Shown: in pieces, positions 48,233-62,800 of the stretch
Numbering within the stretch: the first letter of the stretch is position 1
How the letters are laid out: each line of letters opens with the position of its first letter
NCBI GenBank assembly: GCA_037447605.1
Contig: CM074816.1
Span: 635,873 to 699,872 of the forward strand
Direction: 5' to 3'
Source: Zygnema circumcarinatum SAG 698-1b
Taxonomy: Eukaryota; Plantae; Zygnematophyceae
Length of the DNA: 64,000 bases
The notes under the pieces: model-generated
Database searches by the model: none
Seen by the model: only the letters and a program-made list of their open reading frames with translations
What the model was told of the DNA's origin: nothing
Program-made: the position numbers and the translations under genes

Positions 48233-51200
48233 TCATGGCGTTTGTGAGGCCGACAGAGCAGTTTGCACAGCAATTCCGTTGCTGGAAATGGAGGCCTGGA
48301 CTTGCTTCCGGGCATTGTCGGCAGCCCCGGCTTCCGTCTGGGCGGCAGGGAAGAAGCTGGGCTGCTGGGTGGATGAGAGCAGCCGGGCCCACATGCGGTC
48401 GGACACGCTCACCTTGTTTGTGGTCTCTGTCACTCGCTGCTCAGACACGAAGCCCTCCCCGCTCTAGCCCATCAGGGAAACTCTTCAACCAAGGGAGGGA
48501 CGGGGAGCGGGCAAAGGGAAGAGGGGGGAGGGAGGGAGGGAGGGAGGGAAGGAGGGAGGTAGGAAGGGGCGGAGGGAGGGGGCAAGGGGGAGGGGGGAGG
48601 GGAGGGGAAAGGGGTGAGCGGGGAGGGGGATGGAGAGGGAGGGTAGGGGAAGGGGGGGTGGGGGGAAGTGGGAAGGGGAAAGGGGAGGGGGGGAGTGAAG
48701 AGTGGAAGTTGACCCACCGTAATGGGGATGTAAGCGTGACGACCATTCACAGGGCCCACAGTGAATCCGGTGTAGCCTGCCATGGCTCCGTGGATGGCGC
48801 TATGTGCGAGCAGTGTGCAGTACACATTATCGGATCCGTTACTCGGAATGGCTCGAATCATGTATGTCGGGTCTGCCAGACAAAACAGTGCCGCAGCTTT
48901 CAAGAGCATGAACACATGCATTCACATCATCAGACCGATAGTCAAATCTCGATTGACATGCTTACCGATATACTTGAGGTTCACCTCCTTGTGGATTTTC
49001 TCGAAGTGTGACTGCAACCCCCACCCAACAGAGGAAGGAAAACACGTTTTCTTTCTGCTGATTTTTAAGTGCTTGAAATGAAGAAATAGCCCGGCCATAT
49101 ATACCTCACCTTGATGCTGTCGGAGAGCCACAGCCCCACATCTTGGAGTCGACGATTTCCCGACTTATCTCGACTGTCAGTCTCCCCCATGGTGCGAGCT
49201 ATGAGCTCCTGGCCTGCTCCCTCTGCCACTACAAGCACCATATGGTTGTTTTCCCGCAGCTTCTTCTCTATATACTCGTACAACCCCCCCGGCCCCTCCA
49301 GGAAGAAGGAAGCCTCCGGAATAAGGCAGCAGTCCTGCACTCATTGCATGCCACCCTTTTAGAGGAATAACTTACACATTACATTTTGTTTCGCAGTTTG
49401 TTCTTTTTCAATATTGATTCAGGGCAGTGCTATAGAATTGCAACAGAGACTCTCTTCTCTTACCACGTCTCGGCTTGCCAGGGTTGCATACATTGCGATG
49501 TATCCTGGCCAACCCATAGGCATGAATCCTCATCAGTCAAACGTTTCATATTGCAGCCATTGAAGTACAGCATGTGGGAAACCTACAATCTTTACTGCTC
49601 AGCAAAAGTAACTTTTCCCCAAGTTCTGGGCCTGCTTGACATTCAGAGCTTTAAGGGCAGGTACAGCTTACCACAGTACCGACCCATGAGCTTCACAAGG
49701 CCGAAGCCATTCTCCACACTCTCCGCCTCAACTAAAAAGCAAAAAAAAAAAATCCCCAACTGCTCAGATTCCAAGTCGCACTTGTCGAACAAACTTTTCC
49801 GTGATTGGTTAGAACAATGGATTCGAAAGACCCACCCTCCGGTTAACACTCCATCTGGCGGGCACAGATGACAAGAAGCACAGAAGCACAGAAGTACAGC
49901 ATGCATCATAGCATGGGATTCCATCCAAAAAGAGAAACACTGGAAAAATCTCGAAGTATGGAAACAACGTAGAATTATAGCTCGTGAACACATACATACT
50001 AGACTTGACCATAATGCCAAGTGGGCAGCCAAACCTGCTTACCATGAGCGGCATTGATAGCGCGTTGCGCCTCCTCTACTGCGGTGTCAAACCCGAATGA
50101 TTTGTCAATTTCCTGCATAAGAAGTGAGACAAAGGCTATAAAGGACAATGAAGGGACAATAAAGAAAGAGAAAGATGCAAAAGCTTGTTTGGTTGATTTT
50201 GTTGCATACGGATTCAACATCAGAGTGCGACTACAAGGGAAGCAGGCAGTAGCAGCCATGGCGTAGTGAGAGAAGGCAGGAGAGGAGTGCCACAAGCATG
50301 CCATGCCATGCCATGCAATGCCATGGGGCCATGGGGCATGATGTGACGTCATACCGCAATGTCATTATCTATAGTTTTGGGGATCCCCGCCACCACCACC
50401 TTCAATCCCCGCTTCATCACCTCCTGAACATGGAACAGCCTCATGCGAATTGGAATCTCTTTGAAGAACATAGAACTCTCCATCACTATACAAAAAAATC
50501 AATACATCAGTGCGCAGCAGTTCATTCGTTTGAAACATTTGGCATGCAAGTGTGGTACATGCAAAAGGTTCATTGTCCTTAATCTGCAGTCCCGTTCACC
50601 TTGTGAATGCAGTCAGCCCCGCGTTGCGTTCCATCCCCTCCAATAATGTACACCTGCAAGTTTGAAGCGATAGAACAGAGAAAGGCGGAAGGAACGATAC
50701 AGCTTTGAATAACTGTTACTATTCCTCATCTGATATGCATCATCCAAAGCAGAGGTGGATGTCTCATACTTACTGATATACTTCTATATTCACCACTTAT
50801 CGAACCAAAATTCAGAAATCAACCCTCATGAAACTTCTTTCTAACTCTCTATCTCTCTCTCACCTGGTTGAACCCTCGATCCTGGATGGCATCCACAATC
50901 TTCTTCGTATCGTGGCCTCCCCGAGAAGTTTGCAAAACAGTCCCTCCCTTTTTGTGAATGTCGTTCACCAAATTTGGGTTCAATGGTACCACATTTCGCG
51001 CATAGAACCCGCGGTAGCCGCCCTACAACATGACAAACAGTTCTCAGTCTCTGAAGTTGTGCCAACACGGAACTCCTCTCGTCAAGGTACCAATGAAACA
51101 GGTTTACCTGAAATGCAAAATCTGAGTCTTTTCATTTACGTTCCTACCTCGATACCGTATATTTCCCGCACTCCGTACTGGTCCCAGAGTCCGTACACAA

Positions 51201-52678
51201 TTTCCCGGATGACTGTATTAAGCCCAGGGCACAGTCCGCCACATGTAACCACGCAGGCCCTAACCTCCCCTGCCTCGAACACCACCTGGAACAGACAGAT
51301 GTCCAGGTGCATTCAGGTAAAACTGGGCTTTCAAATGATAGAAGGTGCAGAAAAAGAAAACGAGACAACCGTTCGAATCCCAGAGATCCTGTAGCTGAGC
51401 GATGAACTAAACTTCAAACTTCGGAACATGTAACTTTTGCATAGGACAACCATGGCACAAATGATGCTTCATGGCATGATGAGGCCGTGGGTAACCCATC
51501 TACAGCCATAACAACCATGATCTCACCAGCTCCCTGGGACCTGCCCGACGGTACAATACGTCCTTCGAGTGGTCACGATCGTCCTTAACTACCACCTGCA
51601 CTCCAAAAGGGACCCGGGTTCAGGACTTGTAGGGTTTTGTGAAAGACTAACACAGTGGCTACATTCCCACTAGTCCTTCTGGACCAAGGAAAATACTCCA
51701 AACATTTCAATGTAAAGGGCAAAGTATTTCGTTTGCAGTTTCAAGGTAGGATCGGTTCTACTCACATTATCTTGCAACAACAAAGATGTGGGACTGGTTT
51801 CTAAGTTAAGAAGAGGCGAAATGGAATAAAGGATAATTAGTTGAAATCTACTCACATCTCTGACCACAACGTCATCTTCGTCGACAAAGAATTGTCTGCG
51901 CAACAGCAACTGCAAAAATGAATACTTAAAGTTCAAGGCCAAATTGACCCGACATAAACAGCCGAGTGGAACCAAGTGATAATCACTGCAATCAATCAAA
52001 CAGAATTTTTACGGCGAAAAACTGCATTTTAACTGATTCAAATGGATACGAAAATGATTATCTGGAAAACTTACTCCACACAAGAATAGGCTGGATTCTT
52101 TTGCAACGGATTTGGATATTCCTGCAGCCCGAAACAACGACGACTGAACTTAAGGAAAAGTTTAAGAGCAAACTTTGAATCTCCATCTCCCCCTCTCTCT
52201 CCCTTTCTCTACCCCCCCCCACCCCTTCCTCGCCCTCCCCCCTCCCCCCTCCCGCCTGCTCCCCTTCCCTCCCTCCGCCCGACGCCCTCCGACATCCTCC
52301 CAAAATGGATAAATCATGCATATTACAAGAAATGATCTGCGGGGTAAGCCGCACCGGAAGACCTGCAAGCCAATCCGAGAGATGCGGGACGTCATCCAGC
52401 AGCGCCATGCACGAAAGTTGAGGTCTTGACATTCCTCCTCGCCGCTGCGAGAACTTGCTCGCTACGGAGCTTCCAAAGAGAGAGGAGGCCCTGCCACCGA
52501 TGCTGCTGCTGCTGCAGGCCGCTCTCTCTCCCCTAAAGACGGCAACTCCATTGCAGCACCCGCCATCGCCACCGCCGAGGCCACCATCCCTGCAAGGAAT
52601 CTCTGCGATAGAATGTGTCTCCCTCCAGCCGCTAGCCAGCCCGGCATTGCTGCCGCAGCACAACCGCAGAGCATCCAT
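48233..52678 (-). CDS. PFK: ATP-dependent 6-phosphofructokinase (plant type), N-terminal extension possibly a plastid transit peptide
   Basis: ~15 exons with [112 protein letters not shown]. Confidence 0.95.
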
Positions 52679-53675
52679 GGCGCCCGCGTCCTCTTCCCGC
52701 GTCTCTTTCGCTGCTGCTGCTGCAGGACTCAGGTGCAAGCCGCACCATGTTCAAGGTTTTATGTCTATGCAGTTGAACGCTGTCCTGTTCGCAGTTAAAC
52801 TAGTCTAACACTGTGTGTTCCTTCTGCTCCAATAGGAATCCCTCAACACACGCGTGAAGGATATTTTGGGAAAAGGCGCAAGTTGGGAATATTCCGTACG
52901 GTGCGCTCCCAGGACCTTGGACGAGGCAGCCGTACGGATGGGCTGGCGTTGCTGGCCCGGGCTGCCCTTTTGGCCTTTTCCGACACTTCCGCCAAAAAGA
53001 CTGGAATCAAATTTGTCGTTTGTGTCTGTCACTGCGATGAAACTTCAGGAAAGATCAGAACTTCTAATCGGACACGAGCAAGGTGACAAGGCACATCTGC
53101 ACGAACCGGATCTTCGAATGAGTCGATGTCGTTAGTCATTGGTCAATGACTTGCAGGCTTTGACCAGAAGGAATGCAAGCGAGGCCTGACCAACGAACGG
53201 CAGGCAGGGAGTCTGACCGCACTGGCCAGCTTTGAACCCAGCGCCAGGTCTCGACTGACGGAGGACATAACAGGTCGAACCGGAACCCGATCTCAGGGGT
53301 CTTCATGTTTCAGCGTTTCTTTGGGTAGGGTTTAGGGTTTGGGGGTTCTAGGGTTCGTAACCATGTTGAAAGGTTTCATTAGAGGTAGAGGGGTGTGGAT
53401 GGGGAGGCCGTGCGCGTGCAGACAAGTCCGTGGTAAAGTTGTGACTGGTCCCTAGAGCAAGCATCATTCCGTCGCCCCCAGCCCTAGCCCGACTCGCCAC
53501 ATGACAGCAGCAAACCCAACATCAAAGCATATTCCTCTCACGCTTTGAACAAGCCGAGTTGCCGTCCTGCCCTGCGCGGCCACAGCGGCGCTTCGTGCAC
53601 TTCCTGCTCGCGGCTAACCGCGCTCGGGCGATATATCTCCGCGTATCGGATTCAGGGCGCGTGCTCATTCCACTG

Positions 53676-54062
53676 ATGGCCCCATGACCGCAGGTCCCCA
53701 TGAGGTCATGGGGCCCTGGCCTTGGGCCCCATGGGCCATGGCCCCATGTCCCTATGGCAGCATGGCCCCATGCCCCTATGGCAGCATGGCCCTATGCTTC
53801 CATGGCCCCATGCCTCTATGGCAACATGGCCCTATGCTTTCATGGCCCCATGCCCCTACTGCAGCATCCCTATGCCTCCATGGCCCCATGCCCCTGTGGC
53901 AGCATGGCCCCATGCCTCCATGGCCCCATGCCCCTGTGGCAGCATGGCCCCATGCCTCCATGGCCCCATGCCCCTGTGGCAGCATGGCCCCATGCCTCCA
54001 TGGCCCCATGCCCCTATGGCAGCATGGCCCCATGTCTACATGGCCCCATGCCCCCCATGGCC
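53676..54062. repeat. CATGGCCCCATG-based minisatellite, ~40-bp higher-order unit
   Basis: Unit catggccccatgcctccatggccccatgcccctgtggcag; translations repeat with a 40-aa period in all frames. Confidence 0.92.
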
Positions 54063-54127
54063 GAGCAATGAAGGCGAATCGTCGCCTGTTGGACTGGACG
54101 AGAGGTTCGGTTAGTTCGGTGAGGCGA

Positions 54128-54352
54128 GGAAGGAGGCAGGAGGGAGGAGGCAGGAGGAGGGAGGAGGGAGGAGGCAGGAGGCAGGAGGCAGGAGGGAGGA
54201 GGCAGGAGGGAGGAGGCAGGAGGCAGGAGGGAGGAGGCAGGAGGCAGGAGGAGGCAGGAGGGAGGAGGCAGGAGGGAGGAGGCAGGAGGAGGGAGGAGGC
54301 AGGAGGAGGGAGGAGGGAGGAGGGGAGGAGGGATAGGAGGGAGCAGGAGCGA
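54128..54352 (+). repeat. (GGAGGCA/GGAG)n polypurine tract upstream of the EXO84 ATG
   Basis: Directly visible low-complexity tract. Confidence 0.85.
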
Positions 54353-54368
54353 GGAGACTTCGGCAGCC

Positions 54369-55944
54369 ATGGCGGGCCTGAGTGTGCGCCTGAGCAGCTT
54401 TGGGAGGGCGGCGCGCAGTGCCAAGCCCTCCGACTCGGCAGAGGGCGCCATGGACGACCTCTCGGACGAGGTGAGCGAGCTCTGCAGCGGCTGGAGGGAA
54501 CAGAGCCTCCTGAAGGACCTGGAGACCTTCGAGCCGCAGGAGTTTCAGGCAGAAAAGTATCTTGAAACCAAATGCGGCACCATGAATGAAAAGGTGCGAG
54601 GCTGGCCGCCATGGATTGGATACTCCCGTAGACGAGCTTTGCGTTTTGGAAGGCGACCGGCTGGTTTTAAGCATACTGACAATGCTGAGTAGGCGACAGG
54701 GATTGTATTGCGTTAAGTGAATTTTTTGCATAACTTGAACTTTTTTTTTTTGGTTGGTTTCTTCATCTCTTCACAACCTGCATTCTGGCACTCTCATTTT
54801 CCGTCCTACTATCCCTAACTCATGTTTTAACATCCTGAGCTAAGCCTAATTGGCATTGTTTTCTTCAGTAACTTAGTAATTTTTGTGGCTTGACTTGCGA
54901 TGTGAAGATACTCCAGAGCTAGAATTGCAAATGTGGAGCGTTTGCATTGATTTTTTATTCTTGCAGGTCGTACATAGCCTGCATAAGAAAACTTTTCCAG
55001 TCTATGATTAGATCAGACATTTTTTTAAGTCCACAGTTTATTCGAAGAACAGGTCACACTTTCCAGCTTTCAGTATCACTTCGTCAACGAAAGTTCAAAG
55101 CTGCTTTGTGCTTACACGAAAGGAATTTTTTGTCTTTATCTCTTTTAGTTTGACCATAGATTTTGTCCTGAAATCAACTCGACCCTTTATGATTTAGACC
55201 CCCTCTAACCCTTTCTGGTTCCTCCCTTCTTTCAGTGATGAATTCTCCGGCCAATCATGCCCTGCATAGCATTTCTTCCATTGTTGATTAGACCAATAAA
55301 ATTGATGAAACGATGTGACCTTTGTACCATGATGTTTGTTTATTTCTTAGGAACAGAAACTGAATACTTGGTGCTTAATGACGGCGAATAAGTAGATGTT
55401 TTGAAGGAATAGTTTTTCGATGCTGATTTTTCCCAAAATTACACTTAATTCATTCATTCTGGTAATTGGATTCACTTTACTAAAGACCCATTAGTTACAT
55501 TGAAAAGGAAGCATGGTTGGTTGTCATGCAGGCTCTGAAGCGATTGGGTGCACAACTGAAGCAGCACTCTCAGTTATCGTTGGAAGACATGAGAGCTACT
55601 GTGTTTGCAAACTATGCCGCCTTCATCAGGTGGGATTATAAAGCTGCGGTGTCATGCGCAAAGTTTCATCAAAAAACATCCACATAATAGAAGTTATTGC
55701 ACGGTTCTAATACATCCAAACCTAACCTTATGCCTGTCTGACATTCAGGATTGTTGCCCCTAGAAAGCTTAAGACTACAAGCCCTTCATTGAGATGCAAT
55801 TCAGCCCCCCTCTTAGGACTCTCATCTAAGCACATGGTGCCGCAGAACCTCCAAGGAGATATCAGACCTTGAGGGCGAACTCCGTGAAGTTGGCAGCCCT
55901 ACGCGGAGATGCTGCCGCCCGTACGGCCGCCCGGGCGGGCCATA
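54369..55944 (+). pseudogene. EXO84: Exocyst subunit EXO84, 5' fragment only (3 exons)
   Basis: Exons 54369-54593 (FEPQEFQAEKYLETKCGTMNEK), 55532-55629 (EDMRATVFANYAAFIR), 55846-~55895 (TSKEISDLEGEL); similarity then stops and a TAG follows at 55942-55944. Confidence 0.8.
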
Positions 55945-56270
55945 GGGGCCATTGGGCCGGCCATGGCGCGGACCTATGGTCAGCACCCGCCCATGGAGGG
56001 CTTCTTTATGTCCTGGTCAAGCAGATTTATGACTTTTGATACTGGGAACTTTGATTTTCTGTTTGTTTTATGTTGGGTGCAGAATCCTGGTCAAGCAGAT
56101 TCATGACGTTTGACACTGGGAAACACTTTGTTTTTCTGTTTGTTTTCTAATCAAGCAGTTTGTTTTGTTGTTGGGCAGTTGGCATTTTCATGGCTTTGTT
56201 TCTGAGTCGGGTGATGATGATGGGTGGCATGGGCAGAGCAAGCTTTCCGTTCAACTGTTGCGTGAGCTGT

Positions 56271-57330
<1,060 letters not shown>

Positions 57331-59593
57331 GCAACCATGCTCCATGAACAGCCATGCTCGCCCTGCAGGCTGTCAAAAATTCCGTCCTTGCATAAGGGAA
57401 TGCAGCGACCAATGTGGGCCTGCTTCCAATCGTCATGCTTTAGCCTTGTTCAAGGTTTTGTTAGCTTGAGGTCGCTTCGGCTGCACGATGGCGTGCTATC
57501 GTCTTTGGAGCTCAGACGTGGGCCGCACGAGTTCAATTATTTTTGGGAGTTTGTTCTGGTCGGAGAAGACCGCCCCTTTGTCTTAGTGCTGTACGGAAGC
57601 AACAAGCTAGTCTCTAAACGCACTACAGTACTCGGTCCTCCGCACCATCGAATTCTCTCTTTCTATTTTTTTTAACGTAGTGCAGATGCCGGAGCAGAGT
57701 TAACAGGTCAAATTTCCCCGCGGCGTCCCTGCACGCTCGCAGATGCAGCCGGCCTGATCGCGAAGAATTTCGCAGACGAAGTAAGGCCGTACGGCCGTCT
57801 GCGAGTACTGTCCTGTAGCAAAGAGCGGCTGGACGCCGACCCCTTCGCCGTCGAGGCAATGTCCGTACCGTACGGACATCCCGGGCCGTACGAGCGCAAA
57901 AAACTGTTGGATAGCGAACACGGAATTTCGCCAACTGTAACTGTGACTGTAACTGGGTGACACGGACTGTGACATCGAACGGCGCAGCCTAACAAGACGA
58001 CACATGCAATAATCGATCCAAGCGGTTGGCCGAGAGAGCTCTGAGCGCTACTGGGCGCACGGGCGTGTTGTGTTGGAGGGAGGGAGGGAGGGAGGAAGGG
58101 AGGGAGGGAGGGAGGGAGGGAGGGCGAGGGGGAGGGGAGGGGATGGGAGGGGACGCGGAATGATCAAAGTCCTCACAATAATGGCTGCAAACAGACGTGC
58201 TCTCACACCCTCTTTGATGAGGGAGAGGCTGACTTTGGACAGGGAGAAAGTCATCGAGAAGCTGAAGTCGGCGGCTTTTCAAGGACTGTCAATTTTTTAG
58301 ATTGTCGAGAATTCAATTTTGGGCCTCTTCTTCTCTTCTCTTCTTCGTTTGGCGTGACTGTCCGCCATGCAATTTGGGTCGTTTTTTTGGGCCCTGGGAG
58401 GGTGCGGGGTGTAGGGCTTTGTGGGCAAGTGCAGGGCGGGGACGTGACGTGACATTCACATCTACCATATTCTGAGCTCAGTTCCGTGCGCCGTTCCTGT
58501 GCAGTTGGTTGCCCTCCATGTGAATCGTATTTCCTGACGCTGTGTCGTTCCAGTTTGAACTGAGCGCCCATGGACTTGCCCTGGAGGCGGTTATAACTGT
58601 CCTCTGCCTACGCAGCAGAGCTTGGCGATAACGACAAATTGGATGTACCGAAAGTTAGAAATTGGTTGGACAAGACGAATGTCGACGCTGCCGCCTGTAC
58701 ATCCAGTTGGGCGGAGGCAGCGGACGGCGTGCACAAAACGACGAAAAAAGTCGCTACGGGATGACTTGATGACGCACGAGCCTGAAATTATCACGGCACA
58801 AAGAACGTCCAGCAGCGGTAAAATCATTTTTGGGGTCCAGGAGGCGCGCCGCAAATCTCGAGGCGGATTGCGAATCGCACGGCCCAGAATTAGCGTCGGG
58901 TCCATCGAGCAGTCGTCACCATGCCACGTGGATATAACATTTATATTTTTTGTGGGCGGCAGTTTCCTGGGTTTTCCTGATGGTGACGTGGCGCGTACAC
59001 ATTTCCTGGAAATTTCTGTTTCTCCGGTATATGGAGTCAGTATCTGTGCTCGGAAATATTTTGTCGTTTTCCCCGCCCATTCATTTATCGACCCTTTGGA
59101 CGTACACCGCTAGCCTCACCGCAGCCAATCGGTTGACTTCGACGTGGCGTGAAGGCTCCCAAGGACCCGCACGTATTCCGTGCGTCTGCCAGCTGGCATC
59201 CCGGGCGGGCGGCCTTGTCCTGACGCGCGCTGCTGCGGGGGAGGCCGCCGCCCTGTGCCCCCGTCCCCTCCCCTCCCGTCCGTACAGCGACCGAGCAGGC
59301 GCGAATTTAGTTGACCGGCGCTGATTGGGCCACATCGCGTATCGGCTCGCGACCTCCTCTTGCGATGTCGGTGCCGTATGTAAAATAATGGCGGTGGAAG
59401 CATCGTCACCGTACATCATGTCGTTGGATTGTCACTGCCATCCGTACGGCTTTGGGCGGTTTCGGACGGTCTCGCAGAAAATCAACGGTAAGCAACCGTA
59501 AACCGCCAAATCTGATTGGAACGGGCCAAACGGTTGGTTCTGCTTTAGAGTTTGTTTGAAACTAGTACTTTCAGATGTCGCATTCAGTACTAA

Positions 59594-59784
59594 GTCATGA
59601 AAGGTACCGTTTGTACAGTACTACATTCCGTGGAACGATGCCTCGGTACCACGTGGCACCCACGTCGGCGCCACGTTGGCGGAAACGGGCCTCATGGAAC
59701 CCATGGGTCGTCGTACACGACGACTCCACGTCAGCGAAACGGGCTGATGGTCATGAAAGGTACCGTTTGTACAGTACTACATTC
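59594..59784 (+). promoter_or_regulatory. 35-bp direct repeat enclosing several CCACGT (G-box/ABRE-like) cores just upstream of the LRR-EGF gene
   Basis: gtcatgaaaggtaccgtttgtacagtactacattc at 59594-59628 and 59750-59784. The regulatory role is inferred from position only. Confidence 0.45.
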
Positions 59785-59803
59785 GGTAAGCCATTCCTTG
59801 GGA

Positions 59804-62800
59804 ATGACGGTGAAATCCAAACCGTCCCAAGTCAACGCGCCGACGTCCCTGTCCCGAGCCATGGCGAAGGAGAAGGGCGCCCTCCCTCCCCTCCCCGCCC
59901 TCGCCTCTGCCCGCCCCCGCGTCCCGTCCCCTGGTGTCGCTGGCGGGCGCTTGGCCGCGATGTTGCCCGCGCGATCTCTCTCTCTCGCGGCGGCGGTCCT
60001 CCTCTTTGCCGCCGCCGCCGCCCCGCGCGAAGCCGCCGCTCAGGCCATCGACCCGCGAGACAGTGAGCCGCCGCCCTCTATGGAAGAAGGGGAGAGGCGG
60101 CCTGCCCGCGGCGGGGCCTCTGCTTTTGATTTTTGAAGCGGACCGCGGCCTCAATCTTTCTTGCATCTGCTCGCGCTTGGGCGCAGGGGACGCTCTTCTC
60201 GCTGTCAAAGCGGCATTTAACAACGCACCACAGCTCTCCTCCTGGACAGCGAGTACCCCTGACTGCAGCAATTGGATTGGGATCGCATGCGATGCAAGCG
60301 GGCGCGTTACTTCTCTGTGAGTCACACTTTAACTAAACACCGCTGCAGCTGCGAAAAGGGTCTCCGGGAAGCAGCCTCCTCAGAAAGCGGCTAAGAAGGA
60401 CCGCCCGGAGCAGTCATTCTCCTGCCCGCGGCCCTTTCTTCTTCTGACGCTCTCCCTGCTAACCTGCCTTACGAAATGCTAGTCATGTCATGTCATGGAG
60501 TTCTATGGTCCTACGGCGTTGAATGAACCATTTAATCTGCCATCGGTAACCTGAATGAGGTGAAAAAGTTGTGAGACAATCCATCACATAAAGTGCCACT
60601 GATAGAAATGCTAGTTTTGGCAGCATGTTTATGCAGTGCCATTTTTTTATTTTTGGCAGAGACTTGTACTCTAATTCCCTAACGGGGTCTATCCCGGATT
60701 GTATCGGCAACCTTGCGAATCTGCAATACTTGTAAGTATTTTTCCTTATAAATTTGAAATGAAAGTGATGGAAATGCTAAAAAGAGGAATGCCAGTGATA
60801 GAAATGCCAGTCTTGTCTTGGCAACATGTTTATTCAGTGCCTATTTTTCTTTATTTTTTGCAGATCCTTGTCTAATAATGCCCTGACAGGGTTTATTCCG
60901 GATTCTATCGGCAACCTTGCGAATCTGCAAGTATTGTAAGTATTTTTCCCCATAAATCTGAAATGGAAGTGATAGAAATGTTGAACATAGGAATGCTAGT
61001 GATAGAAATGCTAGTCTGGGAGCTTGTTTATTTAGTGCCTATTTTTTTTATATTTTGCAGATACGCTGATCGAAATTCCCTAACGGGATCTATTCCGAAT
61101 TCTATCGGCAACCTTGCGAATCTGATGTTGTTGTAAGTATTTTTCCCCGTAAATCTGAAATGAAATTGATAGAAATGTCAGACAGAGGAATGCCAGTGAT
61201 AGAAATGCTAGTCGTTGCAGCATGTTTATTCAGTGCCCTTTTTTTTCGCTTTTTCTGGCAGAGTCTTGTCTGTTAATTCCCTAACGGGGTCTATTCCGGA
61301 TTCTATCGGCAACCTTGTGAATCTGAAGTACTTGTAAGTATTTTTCACCATAAATCTGATTTGAAAGTGATAGAAATGCAAGACAAAGGAATGCCAGTGA
61401 TAGAAATGCTAGTCGTGGCAGCATTTATTCAGTGCCTTTTTTTTATTTTTGGCAGACGGTTGGATTATAATTTCCTAACGGGGTCTATCCCGGATTCTAT
61501 CGGCAACCTTGTGAATCTGGACATAATGTAAGTTTTGAAGAAGCTGAGAGCCCCTCGCCCCGTATCAGATCTTACTGACGTGTCGAGAATCTTTCAACCA
61601 GTCACGTCGCAGTGCCAGATCCCCTGCGCCACTCCCGCGACCCGTCCGCCGCCGTCCCGCTCTCTCTCTCTCTCTCCTCCTACCGGTGCCGGCCCGCGAG
61701 CGGCCTTTCGCCCTTGAGAGGTCCCTTGGCGGCATCGCCTCCTTTATGCCGCGCTGCGCAGAGCCCTCCGCCTCCATGGAGGAGCAGATATCGGGAAGCT
61801 GCTCATTGGTCGGTTGGCACGTGGCAACTTCGAGCTTGGGTTTGCATTTGAGTAGTCGTTCAATCGAGTCTCAATTTTTTTTTTCTTTTTTTGCCGCAAA
61901 ACATTGGCCGAGCTCGTGAAGATGTTTATGAAGATCGGTAGATGCTAATTCGCATGCAGAGGCTTTATTAATTCTGAGGGGCGTCATCCCGAACTCTATT
62001 AAGAATCTTTTGCGAATCTGTATGATTTTTGTGATTTGTATGGCTTTTTTTCTGAATTTAGAAGTGCAGTGACTCATTGCATCTTGCAAAGCAGCAACTT
62101 TTGATGTTGTGTGTCCGTGATTGCGTGGAAAACCTTTGTCGTGTAGTTGTTTTCACTCTTGGTGTGTGTACACGAGTACGTTTTAATCTCGCACTGCGTT
62201 TTTGTGAGACTGCGTTTGAGTATTAGACTATAGAACGTGGAGTTGAATACCTGATTTATTCCTGTTCAGTCCAAAACCAGCCTTATCCTCTTCGTTGATT
62301 TTTTTTGTCGTTGCGTATGTCTGTAGGGACCTAGGCAACAACAAACTGGAGGGGAGAGTGTCCGGCTTCATCTCTAAACTCACCCATCTGTGGTACCTGT
62401 AAGCACCACTGCATCGATAACGTTGTATCTGCAGTTTGAATTTTTGCTCTCGGCCGAGCATTTGTACCTCTCAAACTATCACATTTATTTCGCGCTTGCA
62501 TGAGCTTTAAGTTTATGCCATATTTTTGGTCACTTCTGTCACGGCGTGGGCTTTTTTGACGCCCAAGAACGCGCACTTTTTGCATGCAAGAGATTGGACT
62601 TCGTCGTAGAGAGTTTAGGATTTAGAGTTTACGGATTAGGGTTTGGGTTCAGACTCTAAATTGTAGGCCATAAAGTTCGAGGGGTTTTAGGGGCTTATCA
62701 GTTAAAGGATTCAGTATCTATGGGGGGTTAGTGGGTTCAGGGTTGATGGGATTGCAGGCAGAATGGGTGTAGGGAAAGGCTTAGAGGTTTAGGGGTTAAC

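Noticed and set aside
53326-53356. TTTAGGG-like motifs (also ~62614-62795)
   Set aside because: Too short and degenerate to call an interstitial telomere.
53684-54360. 293-aa repetitive ORF and antisense ORFs
   Set aside because: Minisatellite and GGA tract are open in several frames; only the EXO84 frame from 54369 has protein similarity.
58140-58300. Short ORF MIKVLTIMAANRR.. after a GA-rich tract
   Set aside because: No recognisable homology and no convincing splice donor.
60595-61535. CRISPR-like repeat/spacer periodicity
   Set aside because: Units are spliceosomal intron + 72-bp LRR exon in a eukaryotic gene; no cas genes.
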